Shown here: in pieces, positions 47,901-57,633 of the stretch
How the letters are laid out: each line of letters opens with the position of its first letter
Numbering within the stretch: the first letter of the stretch is position 1
Virus record (IMG/VR): IMGVR_UViG_3300032011_003203
Coordinates: 1 to 64,000 of that record
DNA length: 64,000 nt
From: a virus
Direction: 5' to 3' (one strand)
Made by a program: the position numbers and the translations under genes
Notes under the pieces: model-generated
The model's input: the letters and a program-made list of their open reading frames with translations, nothing else
Databases searched by the model: none
Told to the model about the DNA's origin: nothing

Positions 47901-49981
47901 CACAAGAAGCCGTAACCGAAGAAATATGGAAAAGAATTTTAGCTAATATGCCATTCTTTATGAAGAACAAAGGTAACCAACGAGCAATGAAAGGTTTGAT
48001 AAATTGTTATGGTATTCCAAGTTCTATTTTAAGAATTAGAGAATATGGTGGACCAGATTTAAATGATAGAGTTAGTCACGAAATAAAAAGAAAGTTTAGT
48101 TACGCTGCTGATTTTAAATCAAGTGAGTATTTACAATTTCCTTGGCAAGATGATAGTACAAGTGGAATCAAACCAGAAACTTTAGAATTTAGATTTAGAG
48201 CACCAACATCAAAGGATATGACATTAGTTCAAAAGGGTGTTGGTAATCATAGTTTTGCAATTCAAATACAAGATAATGGATTAACTGATGCTTATGGTAA
48301 ATTAAAATTTAGTGTATCTGCATCAACAGGTATTCAATTTATGACATCATCACTACAACCATATTATAATAATGATATGTGGAGTGTGATGTTAACACGA
48401 GTATCACAAAGTGGGTTAGATTTAACTGCAGATGGAAATGCACAAGATATAACATATCAGTTAACATCAAAACAATATGATGCTACAAGACAAGTTATTT
48501 TATATCAAACAAGTGAAAGTGTAAATATAGATGGAAATGCTTCAGCAGGAGCAGCGTTTAATAAATCAGTACACGATGATGGTACATTTTATATAGGTGG
48601 TAACGGAGAGTTTGGTACAAGATTTAGTGGTTCAATGCAAGAGTTTAGATTGTGGAGTGAACCATTATCACAAAGTGTATTTGATAATCATGTCCAAGCA
48701 CCAAAGAGTTATAATGGTAATACAACAAGTTCTGCATATGATAATTTAATATTTAGATTACCATTAAATGATAATACTGATTTAAATACTTTACCAGAAT
48801 CACTTGATGATAAATCTTACACTACAAGTTATTTTCCAAGTGCGAGTGCAGTTGGATTTAGTGGTAATCCATTTAGAAGTTTAGTAGACCAAGAAAAACT
48901 AAGAGTTCCAAATGTAGGACCGTCTCGTAGAAATGCAACAAAGATTAGAACTGAGGCAACAAAACTAACTGGTAACTTATCTTCTAATATTAGAGTTGAA
49001 GCATCATCGTTAGATTTTGCACCAATAGATAGTAATAAACTTGGAGTATTCTTCTCACCTACAGATGTAGTAAATGAAGATATAATGTATTCATTAGCAG
49101 ATATAAATCTTGATAATGAAATTGGAGACCCAAGAGACCAATATTCTGATTACTATCGTGGATTAGATAGAGTACAAAGAGATTATTGGAAAAAATATAA
49201 TCGTTCAAATAACTTTTGGGATTATATGAGAATTATAGAATTTTTTGATGGTAGTATATGGAAACAATTAAGAGCAATGATTCCAGCAAGAACAAATGCA
49301 ACACTTGGTTTATTAATAGAACCAAATATTTTAGAACGAAGTAAACAAGTTGTAGGAAAAATACCAGAGTTTGAAAATACATATTATGAAAATGCTGGAC
49401 ACTTTGCAGATGGAATACAATTATCAAGTAGATTAAGTAGTTCCGATTCACCAAATCCATATTCACTATCTGGAGAATATCCAGTATATGAAAGTGAAAT
49501 AATATTATACACAATGGATAGTGGTTCGGTTGGAATATTAGGAAATCCAACATTGAACAAAATAGATGAGATAGACCCACGAACACCATTCTTATCATTA
49601 TACGCAACAGCAAGTATTACATTTGGTGATATAGATACAACATTTGAAGAGACAGTTCAACCCTTTATAACTGCTTCTCGTTTATCAGAACACAACGATA
49701 TTAAAGTTCCTTACTATACGAGTTCATTATCAGATTCGATAGCAAAAGGATATGGATATCACACAGAATTTAATGGAAACTATCAATTTAGTGCATCATT
49801 CGAGAGAAGTTCATTTACAAGTGTAGCACTCGATTCTTCACTATTTAGATTGTTTTATAAAGGTAGTAATTTAACAAAAGATAACACAATAGATGGACTA
49901 GACCCAGTCGAAATAACAATTACCACACCTACTAAGTTGGTAACACAAGAACCTGGTGATTCTAAGTTAAAAGTTGAGTAA
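44945..49981 (+). CDS. Large baseplate wedge-like protein with internal Hint/Vint and LamG-like domains
   Basis: KG..RAMKGLINCYGIP..ILRIREYGG wedge-type motif; LamG-like FSGSMQEFRLW; Hint at aa ~311-421. Confidence 0.7.
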   Translation: MLQYGLTDKDREQLEYPKQLYSGFGRDANDFIHFYVYDMEDNLLEDDILKPGDVLFRDDNTIDLDIGGHVRDLGYEEGQFKVKYLFLRRLAGKKETIMVNDEGFINMGKISTKVINGKTRYFKGGMKPTNQTLEEVFPKEMKYVVKEVSPSKNEVKVDVQLINNVSYRKNFAGINKDFVYVPKRIGGANAGTVRWDKTDGNVLIMTPGVGERGFTDAMVGGEVVVKGMYEYTLTETKMVETLVRKETEVLINRPTKSIPPRPDEKKEFFDDIVKTTVDKEPVGVKEILEKTPGPDQDYDDYRDRDDYGSVCFTGDTKIKLSNNRTIPIKMMRPGMKVKTEQGYAKVLKVVKDNRPYGDKLVRYKNLTTTDHHPIKHQGKWYLANEVGTEFKAEALDVWNLILDKHHTIIANNITSATLGKWNSIEHFLGVRDRRINMLRVAEDFEDTGGGGGSYVPPADPSPSDSVIEEIMTEVGDNIQTDDEVVDERGYAKGLEPTNEYIVDRRPKAFTKEIIEDFATDEDSIAKYKTVVTFDTELVPIDVFKQVPVDYVGKVVEILDFDRIRVDTSYEEGANKSDHSGPDRFNDIFTDSFVTYRKNKITRLNTYMVTKEGYHLCINMLDAPTQTLPDSDKKLPIRDVADRTARYVKTYKPLPDTIEQNDLVYFVEEKMEPYEDMVKITKFVEEDPVALFLRVPNLNSTTNPINFRSTNFKKYDDLIGTDTSVQDDITNHIHSSSLLDVQLGIDYSIRTDALGSDRTDYGFGNFVNFGGAENRIRNFKKKIKLIEGYKTDSHALINITSSADTRANINMRKREVINSFDPYENYLYTVSSSYATSSLGEFYDASWPKTSGSREDGTNFILEHTSGSTFTTWFDTWTGYAKDFDTYNQNRLVNNLPLHVASDTENKVFLDFMDMTGQQFDEIWGYIRHFTDINERSNKLSEGISKDIVREVAKSMGFEVDSGNDLVILPEYLLGKTADGQDKYESPQEAVTEEIWKRILANMPFFMKNKGNQRAMKGLINCYGIPSSILRIREYGGPDLNDRVSHEIKRKFSYAADFKSSEYLQFPWQDDSTSGIKPETLEFRFRAPTSKDMTLVQKGVGNHSFAIQIQDNGLTDAYGKLKFSVSASTGIQFMTSSLQPYYNNDMWSVMLTRVSQSGLDLTADGNAQDITYQLTSKQYDATRQVILYQTSESVNIDGNASAGAAFNKSVHDDGTFYIGGNGEFGTRFSGSMQEFRLWSEPLSQSVFDNHVQAPKSYNGNTTSSAYDNLIFRLPLNDNTDLNTLPESLDDKSYTTSYFPSASAVGFSGNPFRSLVDQEKLRVPNVGPSRRNATKIRTEATKLTGNLSSNIRVEASSLDFAPIDSNKLGVFFSPTDVVNEDIMYSLADINLDNEIGDPRDQYSDYYRGLDRVQRDYWKKYNRSNNFWDYMRIIEFFDGSIWKQLRAMIPARTNATLGLLIEPNILERSKQVVGKIPEFENTYYENAGHFADGIQLSSRLSSSDSPNPYSLSGEYPVYESEIILYTMDSGSVGILGNPTLNKIDEIDPRTPFLSLYATASITFGDIDTTFEETVQPFITASRLSEHNDIKVPYYTSSLSDSIAKGYGYHTEFNGNYQFSASFERSSFTSVALDSSLFRLFYKGSNLTKDNTIDGLDPVEITITTPTKLVTQEPGDSKLKVE
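45875..46207 (+). other. Hint (Vint-type) autoprocessing domain
   Basis: CFTGDTKI..., TTDHHP (block B TxxH), VWNLILD.HH.I.AN...ATLG ending. Confidence 0.75.
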
Positions 49982-50051
49982 AAACTTTGGATTCTTATAT
50001 TTATATAATGAACGCAATCCATCTTAGTTCAAATCAATAGGAGTAAAAACA

Positions 50052-50819
50052 ATGGGATTTTTAAATAACACAAGCGTAACCGTCGATGCCGTTCTTACGA
50101 AGAAAGGTCGAGAATTACTCGCAAGAGGTCAAGACGAGTTCAAAATAACGAAATTTGCTTTAGCAGACGATGAAGTAGATTATCGTTTATGGGATACAGC
50201 TCATCCTAATGGGTCTAATTATTACGGAGCAGTAATAGAAAACATGCCGTTATTAGAAGCATTTGTAGATGAGAACCAAATATTAAGATATAAATTAGTA
50301 TCTCTTCCAAAGAATACTGCAAAACTTCCAATCTTGGAAGTTCCATCACCATCATTGGTTTTTAATGGACCTGGTATTACACAGACCATTACACCAAATA
50401 CAAGAAATGGTAGTGATGCAGAAGCAGGATATAGTTTCGTATTACACGATGCTACTATCGCTAACTTAACACCAGTAATTGTTAAGAAGAAAAAGAAGAA
50501 GATGAAAGCTAAGGGTAAGAAGAAATTCTTTAAATTAGGTGCAGCACAAAAGTTAGGTGCAGCAGCATTAATGGAAGAATTTGATTTTATTCAAAAAGAA
50601 GATATAGATGATTTACAAGTCAACACTGGTGCAACAACACCAGTATTCCTAAACGAAGAAGAGAGAAAGCGTTCAATCACTCTACAAGGTAGGTCAGTAA
50701 ATCTTGTATCTCGTTCAGTAACAGCAGATACTTCAACCAACATAACGGTCGTGGGATTATCAACAGGTGCAACATTTAATGTAGCAGTTACGATAAAAGC
50801 CGACCAAAGTACATTATAG
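50052..50819 (+). CDS. Baseplate/tail structural protein
   Basis: DAVLTKKGRELLA, ITKFALADDEVDY; Lys-rich insertion. Confidence 0.7.
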   Translation: MGFLNNTSVTVDAVLTKKGRELLARGQDEFKITKFALADDEVDYRLWDTAHPNGSNYYGAVIENMPLLEAFVDENQILRYKLVSLPKNTAKLPILEVPSPSLVFNGPGITQTITPNTRNGSDAEAGYSFVLHDATIANLTPVIVKKKKKKMKAKGKKKFFKLGAAQKLGAAALMEEFDFIQKEDIDDLQVNTGATTPVFLNEEERKRSITLQGRSVNLVSRSVTADTSTNITVVGLSTGATFNVAVTIKADQSTL

Positions 50820-50828
50820 GAGTAAGAG

Positions 50829-51839
50829 ATGTCAGTATTTACAAGATTCGATTTTTCAAATGATGTAGTGGAGAACCAAAGAGTAAAAATCTCAAGTGGT
50901 ATCTTTAGTGGTGGAAGTGGAACTTTAACTTCTTTCTTTACTGCATCTTCACAAGGACAGGTAACTGGTTCACATTTATCTATTTATCATCAAGACCCTG
51001 CAACAAGTGCAGCAACTGCTGAGATACAATTCTCATTAGGATATGCACACTTCAATGGAAGTGGTTCTGCTGGTAATACTACAAAATTAACTACGGGTGG
51101 ACAAGATTCTAAAGCAATGTATAGACAATTTTCTAATGTGTTGTTACCACCATTAACAGAAAAGTTTTCTTTTACAAGTGCACCATCTGCATCTGATGAT
51201 TTCTACTTTATTACTTTTAATAGAGCAAGAATGAGAGAAAAGATTGACCCAGGTAATTGGGAATTAAAAGTTGGTACAACACACTTGATAGATGATAGTG
51301 GTGCTACAAATAATCCAACTGTCAATGAGGGTGGTAGAGTTTACAATGTTGTTACTGGTTCATTAGAGACTGGTACAGGAGTTGTAAATACTGCTGCAAC
51401 ATCACAGACAGGTGGTTCGATTGGTTCATTTTTTCCAGATTTAGGAATCATATTATTAAATGCAACTCATATGGATGATATTGCTGGAATGGCTACTGCA
51501 AGAAGTGCAGATGCGTTTGATGATAATCCTAAAAAGTTTTTTAATAAAATTGTAACTGGTGGAAAGTTTCAAGTAAGAAGAGAAGAGGAGATTAATTCTA
51601 CTAATTTCTTTTGTAGGGTTAATAACAAAAAGTATAACTTTAGTGCTAATCCAACATTCTTTACTGGTTCAGATGGTTCATTAACAAACTCAACATTCTT
51701 TAAAGACCCTAAAGTGTACATTACACAAGTAGGACTTTATAATGATGATAATGAATTGTTAGCAGTTGCAAAATTGAGTAAACCAATATTAAAATCATAT
51801 TCAAGAGAAGCTATAATAAAAGTAAAACTTGATTTTTAG
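50829..51839 (+). CDS. Baseplate/tail structural protein
   Basis: C-terminal YITQVGLYND.NELLAVAKLSKP. Confidence 0.7.
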   Translation: MSVFTRFDFSNDVVENQRVKISSGIFSGGSGTLTSFFTASSQGQVTGSHLSIYHQDPATSAATAEIQFSLGYAHFNGSGSAGNTTKLTTGGQDSKAMYRQFSNVLLPPLTEKFSFTSAPSASDDFYFITFNRARMREKIDPGNWELKVGTTHLIDDSGATNNPTVNEGGRVYNVVTGSLETGTGVVNTAATSQTGGSIGSFFPDLGIILLNATHMDDIAGMATARSADAFDDNPKKFFNKIVTGGKFQVRREEEINSTNFFCRVNNKKYNFSANPTFFTGSDGSLTNSTFFKDPKVYITQVGLYNDDNELLAVAKLSKPILKSYSREAIIKVKLDF

Positions 51840-51848
51840 GGGTAAGTA

Positions 51849-52856
51849 ATGTTAAAGAACATTGACCCATCAGATAAGTCAATCAGACCTTTTAAAGTAT
51901 TTAAAGATTTCACTCTTACTAATATTAGTAGTGGGAGTGGACATCTTGTTTTAAAAGCAGTTAGTGGTTCTATTCATAATTTTATGACTGGTTCAGCTGC
52001 ATCACAAAGTTTTGGAAAATATGTTCCTGCAAGTGGTGGATTTGAATTTGGTACATACTACGATATTCCAAATTACTTTATGATTAAGAATGCGTATTAT
52101 GAAAATGATGAACCACTTAGAACTTTCGGTAGTAACAATTATACAAAAACAAAAAAAGTATTACACGGAAGTGCAAGAGTATTCACAATACCAAGAAACT
52201 TATTTGGTGAAAAAGTAAAACCTGGTAGTATCCAAATGGATGTAACTACTGGTGGAATCACTTATGATTTACGAGATGATGGTGATGGTAATATTTACGA
52301 TTACAATTACTCATCAAGTTTTGCAGCTTACAAATCAAGTTCTTTTGATTATGATAAAGCAGATGCAAACGGAAGTGGTTCACAAGTAGGAAATGCTTTT
52401 TATGAGCATGGTGTGATAGTAATCACAGATACGGGTTCATTATCAAATGCTGGAACTGATACTGGTCACGATTTAAAATATAAATCTACTCAAACAATTT
52501 ATGAGTATGAATATGTAGTTACTTTAGAACCTAATGAATATAATGCTACAACAAATATAAGTTCAACATTTGAACGAAGTGGTAGTATTTCAGTAGGTAA
52601 AGGTAGTAACAATATATCACAATTTTTTCCACCTGGTTCAGACCCATCTGGACAAGGGACTGGGAGTTATAAAGAAGAATATAATGCAGCAACAAAGTAT
52701 GAGGGATTCGTAACACATTCAGCGTTCGAACCTTATCTAACAACAGTCGGTTTGTATAATGATAGTAATGAGTTATTGGTGGTTGGTAAATTAGCTAAAC
52801 CAGTCAAATTATCAAAAGAAACACAAACTTCGATAGTTGTTAGATTTGATGTATAA
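51849..52856 (+). CDS. Baseplate/tail structural protein (paralogue of previous gene)
   Basis: C-terminal YLTTVGLYND.NELLVVGKLAKP. Confidence 0.7.
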   Translation: MLKNIDPSDKSIRPFKVFKDFTLTNISSGSGHLVLKAVSGSIHNFMTGSAASQSFGKYVPASGGFEFGTYYDIPNYFMIKNAYYENDEPLRTFGSNNYTKTKKVLHGSARVFTIPRNLFGEKVKPGSIQMDVTTGGITYDLRDDGDGNIYDYNYSSSFAAYKSSSFDYDKADANGSGSQVGNAFYEHGVIVITDTGSLSNAGTDTGHDLKYKSTQTIYEYEYVVTLEPNEYNATTNISSTFERSGSISVGKGSNNISQFFPPGSDPSGQGTGSYKEEYNAATKYEGFVTHSAFEPYLTTVGLYNDSNELLVVGKLAKPVKLSKETQTSIVVRFDV

Positions 52857-52972
52857 TTTGTAAATATATTATATTTATTATTGGAACGAAGAGTTCCAAA
52901 ATTTAATCCGTAGCATACCCGCGAGCGGAAGGTTAACATAGAGATAGAATAACAACATATAAGGAATTTTAA

Positions 52973-55606
52973 ATGTCCAATTATTTAAAATCTTTGGTTC
53001 TATTATTGGTACTTTCCCTATCGTGGGCACAAGAGCCGATAATCCGAATCAAACAAACAGGCGAATATAATTTACCAAAAACTTGGTGGAGAGAATCGGA
53101 AACTTTCCAACTACAAACATACCTTGCAGATGATAAAGATAATCCTGCATTGTATAACAATAACTTTGATGCATTTAGAGATAGTGTGATGACAATGGAA
53201 GTTACACTTGATGATAATGGTGCAGATATAACAGCATTTAGATTAGATATAGTTTTTGACAATGATTTAATTGATTGGGACCACGATGATACAGAAGTAT
53301 TAAAGGGTTCTCACTTATCAAGTGCAACAGAGGGAGATTCAACTGCAGGAGCAGATTACTCATATGAAGTTGTACACTATTCTAATGTAGGATATATTGA
53401 TTCACTTCAAACTGCAGATGGTGAAATATCTGAAAACAATAATAGATATGATTGGTTAAGAATCACTATGGTATCACACAATGGAAATACTTTTGAATTT
53501 GGTGGTGGTGATGGTGTACAAAAACAATTAATAAAATTAAATTTTAAAATAGAAGATGTAGTAGATAATTTTTCACCACAATCGTTTAGAGTTCCAACAT
53601 TATACAATGGTGGTTTTGGGTACTACACATACGCTTCAGATGATTATCTTTTAGATTACAAGGTTTACATCGATGGTAATTGGGGAACGGAAGAAACTGA
53701 TGATGGTGGTGCTCGTGGAGATATCACACTACATCCAAAACTTTTAGATGTTGAGGGATTCTTTAGATACGCACAAAGAAATGGTACTAATGATGATAGA
53801 ACTTATCCTTATTGGAAAGTTGTATTTGAACTTGACCAAAGTAATCCAGGTAGTGTTTCTAATTGGTATAACATTGAGGATATAGATGATGAGACAAGTA
53901 ATACTGATGAAACCACTACTGATGATGTTATCGGTGATGGAACATCTACATTTTGGTTTGATGACCAAGGAACTACTGCAGCACAAACTTTACCAGGTGA
54001 GGGTTTCTTAGGAATTAGTTATTATGATTCTACATTTGTTGATGATAGAGGATATTTTAATATTCAATTACCAAGAAATAATTACTATCGTGTATCGTTT
54101 TATCCACCAGATGCAGATGATGATATAGGTACACATACACAATACGAACTTGATAGATATGCAATTACAAATATTAATGATGCTATTGCTGCATTTAATT
54201 TTCAAAGTAACAAATGGAAATCAGTAACAGGTGTTGATACTTTAGATGCAGTTGAATATTTTATTGGTGATGTTGATGGTGATGATGTATTTCAATTAAA
54301 TGATGCTTATTTCTTATGGGCATATACTTCAGGTATATTTGAAAACTATACACACTTAAATGGAAACTCATATGAGAATTGGAGTACGATTGATACATTA
54401 AAAGAAAATGGTAATCCATTTCCATATGAATGGTATGAAGATTTAGGAGCACAGAAATACGAATTTACAGTCTTTGAGGATGATGATTTTGACCAATCCG
54501 AAGAATTAAATTTTGGAGTAATAGAAGTTACTAATCCATTGATGAATACAATTCAGACTGGGTTAGATACTTTGGGTGTAACATTAGGTGCAGGTAACTC
54601 TACATATGGTAGTGATGCTAATCCAGATTTAACTTTACCTGATTGGGGATATTTCTTTACAGGAGATATTAATAATACTGGTACTAAAGTACAAGAACCA
54701 GGTAATGATGCAGATGGGTATATAGATGTAAATGGAACAACATTCTATCGTTGGGGTAACGGAAGTGCACCAGGTACTTGGGCAAATAAAATTGCTACTC
54801 AAACTCCAGATGTATTTTTCTCAATGCCAGCAGATTCAACTGTCAGAGTACAAAGTGGTGACCAAATAGAAGTACCATTTTATATTACACCAGACCAATT
54901 AAAAAATATTGATGTTGCTGGATTTGAGTTCGAGGTGTTATTCAATACCAATCAGTTAACATTTATTGATATGAAAACAGATGTTCTTCCAGGCCCGTGG
55001 TTTACTTATGTAAATGTACACGAACCTGATGATATAGGGTATCAGAAAGTATCGTTTGGTGGTATGGATTATTCACCAGGTAATGCACCACAACAATATT
55101 GGATTAATGAACCTATGATTGCATTGAATATGATTTTCCAAGCAGATTTTCCTGATTCAGAGTGGACTGAAGCAGATGTACAATTTGTTGGTAAAGGTGT
55201 AGCTGGTAATCCAAGTGGTCAAGATTTATTAGTAAATAAACAAGATGGTAAAATATTAGTATGGAATAAGTATTGGGCATTCGGTGGTGGAGAACCAGAT
55301 GATGATGAGATAACTTATAACTATCCTAATCCATTTAATGAAACTACAAAGTTCCAATTTTATGTAGATGAGTTAACTGATGTTAAAATCTACATCTTAA
55401 ATTCAATGGGACAGTATATTGGTAAATTATTAGATGAACCAGTTTCACAAGGTATTCATACATTTGATTTTAGTAACACACCAGGTGCGTGGTTACCAGA
55501 AGAAAGTGTTTATCAAGAGCATAAAGTATTAGAACCAGGTGTTTATATATTTGTTCTTGAAACAGATAAGAGAATTAAAGCTAACAAATTCACGGTCGTG
55601 AAGTAG
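52973..55606 (+). CDS. Secreted acidic protein with cohesin-like/dockerin-like domains and T9SS C-terminal sorting domain
   Basis: Signal peptide (LSWA/Q); GDVDGD..F.LND EF-hand; CTD YNYPNPFN...KIYI.N..GQ...L.PGVY...KFTVVK. Confidence 0.85.
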   Translation: MSNYLKSLVLLLVLSLSWAQEPIIRIKQTGEYNLPKTWWRESETFQLQTYLADDKDNPALYNNNFDAFRDSVMTMEVTLDDNGADITAFRLDIVFDNDLIDWDHDDTEVLKGSHLSSATEGDSTAGADYSYEVVHYSNVGYIDSLQTADGEISENNNRYDWLRITMVSHNGNTFEFGGGDGVQKQLIKLNFKIEDVVDNFSPQSFRVPTLYNGGFGYYTYASDDYLLDYKVYIDGNWGTEETDDGGARGDITLHPKLLDVEGFFRYAQRNGTNDDRTYPYWKVVFELDQSNPGSVSNWYNIEDIDDETSNTDETTTDDVIGDGTSTFWFDDQGTTAAQTLPGEGFLGISYYDSTFVDDRGYFNIQLPRNNYYRVSFYPPDADDDIGTHTQYELDRYAITNINDAIAAFNFQSNKWKSVTGVDTLDAVEYFIGDVDGDDVFQLNDAYFLWAYTSGIFENYTHLNGNSYENWSTIDTLKENGNPFPYEWYEDLGAQKYEFTVFEDDDFDQSEELNFGVIEVTNPLMNTIQTGLDTLGVTLGAGNSTYGSDANPDLTLPDWGYFFTGDINNTGTKVQEPGNDADGYIDVNGTTFYRWGNGSAPGTWANKIATQTPDVFFSMPADSTVRVQSGDQIEVPFYITPDQLKNIDVAGFEFEVLFNTNQLTFIDMKTDVLPGPWFTYVNVHEPDDIGYQKVSFGGMDYSPGNAPQQYWINEPMIALNMIFQADFPDSEWTEADVQFVGKGVAGNPSGQDLLVNKQDGKILVWNKYWAFGGGEPDDDEITYNYPNPFNETTKFQFYVDELTDVKIYILNSMGQYIGKLLDEPVSQGIHTFDFSNTPGAWLPEESVYQEHKVLEPGVYIFVLETDKRIKANKFTVVK

Positions 55607-55612
55607 GAAAAG

Positions 55613-56482
55613 ATGATGAAAAAAATATTATTAAGTTTACTATTAATCAGTTCTTTATTTGGACAAGTTAATAGAATATTAACATTATCACCAACAGCAG
55701 AAGAAGCAAGTTTAGGAAACCAATCATTGGCATTTCATAATCCTGCTCGTGCGTATTTTGATACAGATAGTTTAGTTGATTTAAGCTTTACACGAGTAAA
55801 TTGGTTAACTAATATTACAGATGATATGGGATATAACTATGTTGGTGCTGGATATAAAAATTTAACATTTAGTTTACTATACTTTGATTATGGTGAACAA
55901 AATGTTGCAGATATAAATGGAACTATATCAGGACAATTTAGTCCTAACTCACTTGTTGCATATGTTGGGTGGGGTACTAAATTAGAACACAAAAGAAAAA
56001 AAGTAGAAAACATTGCTATTGGTTTTGGTGGTAAAATTGTTAACCATACATTACATACCGATAAGGCAACTGGTATACTTGTAGATGCTGGAGTACACTT
56101 TAAGAATCTATGGAGTAGAGTTGATTTAGATTTAGCAATTCAAAACTTTGGATATCAACCAAAATTTAATGATTGGAAAACAGAAGTACCTACAAGTGTT
56201 AATGTAGGGTTTTCAGTACCAGTAAAAGATTTTAGATTTTACAACCAATGGAATTTGTATGATGGATATCATACACACGGTCAAGGGTTAAAATATCAAT
56301 ACAAGAATTTAATGGATTTTAACATTGGATACTTTAATGATGTAACTCACGAACTAAATTATTCTTCAGTTGGTTTAGGATTTAAAGTAGATAGTTACAG
56401 AGTAGGGGTTGGGTACATCAATGGTGATGAAACCTTTCCTTTAAGTAATACATTTCAGTTAACCATAAATGTGGAGATATAA
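55613..56482 (+). CDS. PorV/PorQ-family outer-membrane barrel
   Basis: Signal peptide; L..SPTA..ASLG, FHNPA, WL..I, YFDYG, DAG, IQNFG, P...N.G. Confidence 0.72.
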   Translation: MMKKILLSLLLISSLFGQVNRILTLSPTAEEASLGNQSLAFHNPARAYFDTDSLVDLSFTRVNWLTNITDDMGYNYVGAGYKNLTFSLLYFDYGEQNVADINGTISGQFSPNSLVAYVGWGTKLEHKRKKVENIAIGFGGKIVNHTLHTDKATGILVDAGVHFKNLWSRVDLDLAIQNFGYQPKFNDWKTEVPTSVNVGFSVPVKDFRFYNQWNLYDGYHTHGQGLKYQYKNLMDFNIGYFNDVTHELNYSSVGLGFKVDSYRVGVGYINGDETFPLSNTFQLTINVEI

Positions 56483-56483
56483 A

Positions 56484-56543
56484 ATGTGTGAGTGTAAACA
56501 ATGTGAATGTGAGAGTTGTAATTGCTCTTGCTGTGAATGTTAA
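56484..56543 (+). CDS. Metallothionein-like micropeptide (19 aa, 9 Cys)
   Basis: GGAG RBS; MCECKQCECESCNCSCCEC*. Confidence 0.65.
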   Translation: MCECKQCECESCNCSCCEC

Positions 56544-56558
56544 AAATAGGAGTTAGTT

Positions 56559-56969
56559 ATGGCAAAAGACATAGTAGATGCAGAGAATCTCGTTGAAGAG
56601 ATTAAAGGAAAAAAGTTTGGATTATCGATTAATAACATTGTTGCTATTGTTACTTTTCTTTCTACCGCTATTGCTGGTTGGTATAGTTTTACTGCCCGCA
56701 TTGATTCGTTGGAAGAAGTAGTTACAGGTTTTGCAGATGCAAGTGATATAGAAATCGTAACCGAAAAATTCAATAAGTATGATGAGATATTTGCAGGGTA
56801 CGATGAGGACCTGGTATATCTTCGTGATAAAGTTGATAAACTAAAAAGTCCAAAAATTAAATCTTACGATGGTGATATTATCAAACTTGAAAATGAGATT
56901 GATAAATTAAATGGTGAGATTAAACGATTGGAAAAACTACTGAAAGACCCGTTATCGGATTTCAGATAA
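56559..56969 (+). CDS. TM-anchored coiled-coil protein
   Basis: One TM then heptads. Confidence 0.6.
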   Translation: MAKDIVDAENLVEEIKGKKFGLSINNIVAIVTFLSTAIAGWYSFTARIDSLEEVVTGFADASDIEIVTEKFNKYDEIFAGYDEDLVYLRDKVDKLKSPKIKSYDGDIIKLENEIDKLNGEIKRLEKLLKDPLSDFR

Positions 56970-56982
56970 ATAGGAGAAAAAA

Positions 56983-57624
56983 ATGAACAAGATATTCTCA
57001 ATATTGTTACTAATAGGTTTATACGGGTGTGCTGCATCAGTATCTACCGAACAATATGTTGGTGAGTATGAAAAGCAGAAATCATTGGATGAGGTAGAAA
57101 TTACCAAAGTTGATGGATTAAAAATAGTAGAGTTAAAAATTAATAAAGAACTCGAAGAAAGATATCCAGAACTTGCAGAAAAAAGGGTTGCATTTGGTCT
57201 TACACAAGAAATGGAAAATGTGGCATCTTATACAGGAAGATTCAATTTGATAGAGGCCGACAGAGATAATCAATTAATGATGTTGAATGATTTAAAAGCA
57301 AACAACGCTAAAATTGATGTTGCCAAATATTGGGGATATGTTACCATTTATGATTTTGCAGTAAACCTTACTGAAGATATCAAGGGTGGTAAAATAGTAA
57401 CAAGTAATGAAACTATTATTGGTATCCAGGTTAAATTGGTTAACTTAGAGAACACTCAATATGTAGTGGGTAGTGGTCAAGGAAGAGCCAAAACCATAGG
57501 ACAAGGATTTTTAAAAAATCCTAATATGGAATTTAACCAAAGTTCTTTGAGTTCCGCTGGTAACAAAGCAATGGAAACTGCTGTTGTTAATGTTATTAGA
57601 GCGATTGAAAGAAAGGGTTGGTAA
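56983..57624 (+). CDS. CsgG/HfaB-like lipoprotein
   Basis: Lipobox LYGC; TGRF.LIE, VTIYDF, IGIQVKLVN. Confidence 0.7.
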   Translation: MNKIFSILLLIGLYGCAASVSTEQYVGEYEKQKSLDEVEITKVDGLKIVELKINKELEERYPELAEKRVAFGLTQEMENVASYTGRFNLIEADRDNQLMMLNDLKANNAKIDVAKYWGYVTIYDFAVNLTEDIKGGKIVTSNETIIGIQVKLVNLENTQYVVGSGQGRAKTIGQGFLKNPNMEFNQSSLSSAGNKAMETAVVNVIRAIERKGW

Positions 57625-57633
57625 AAGAAATGA

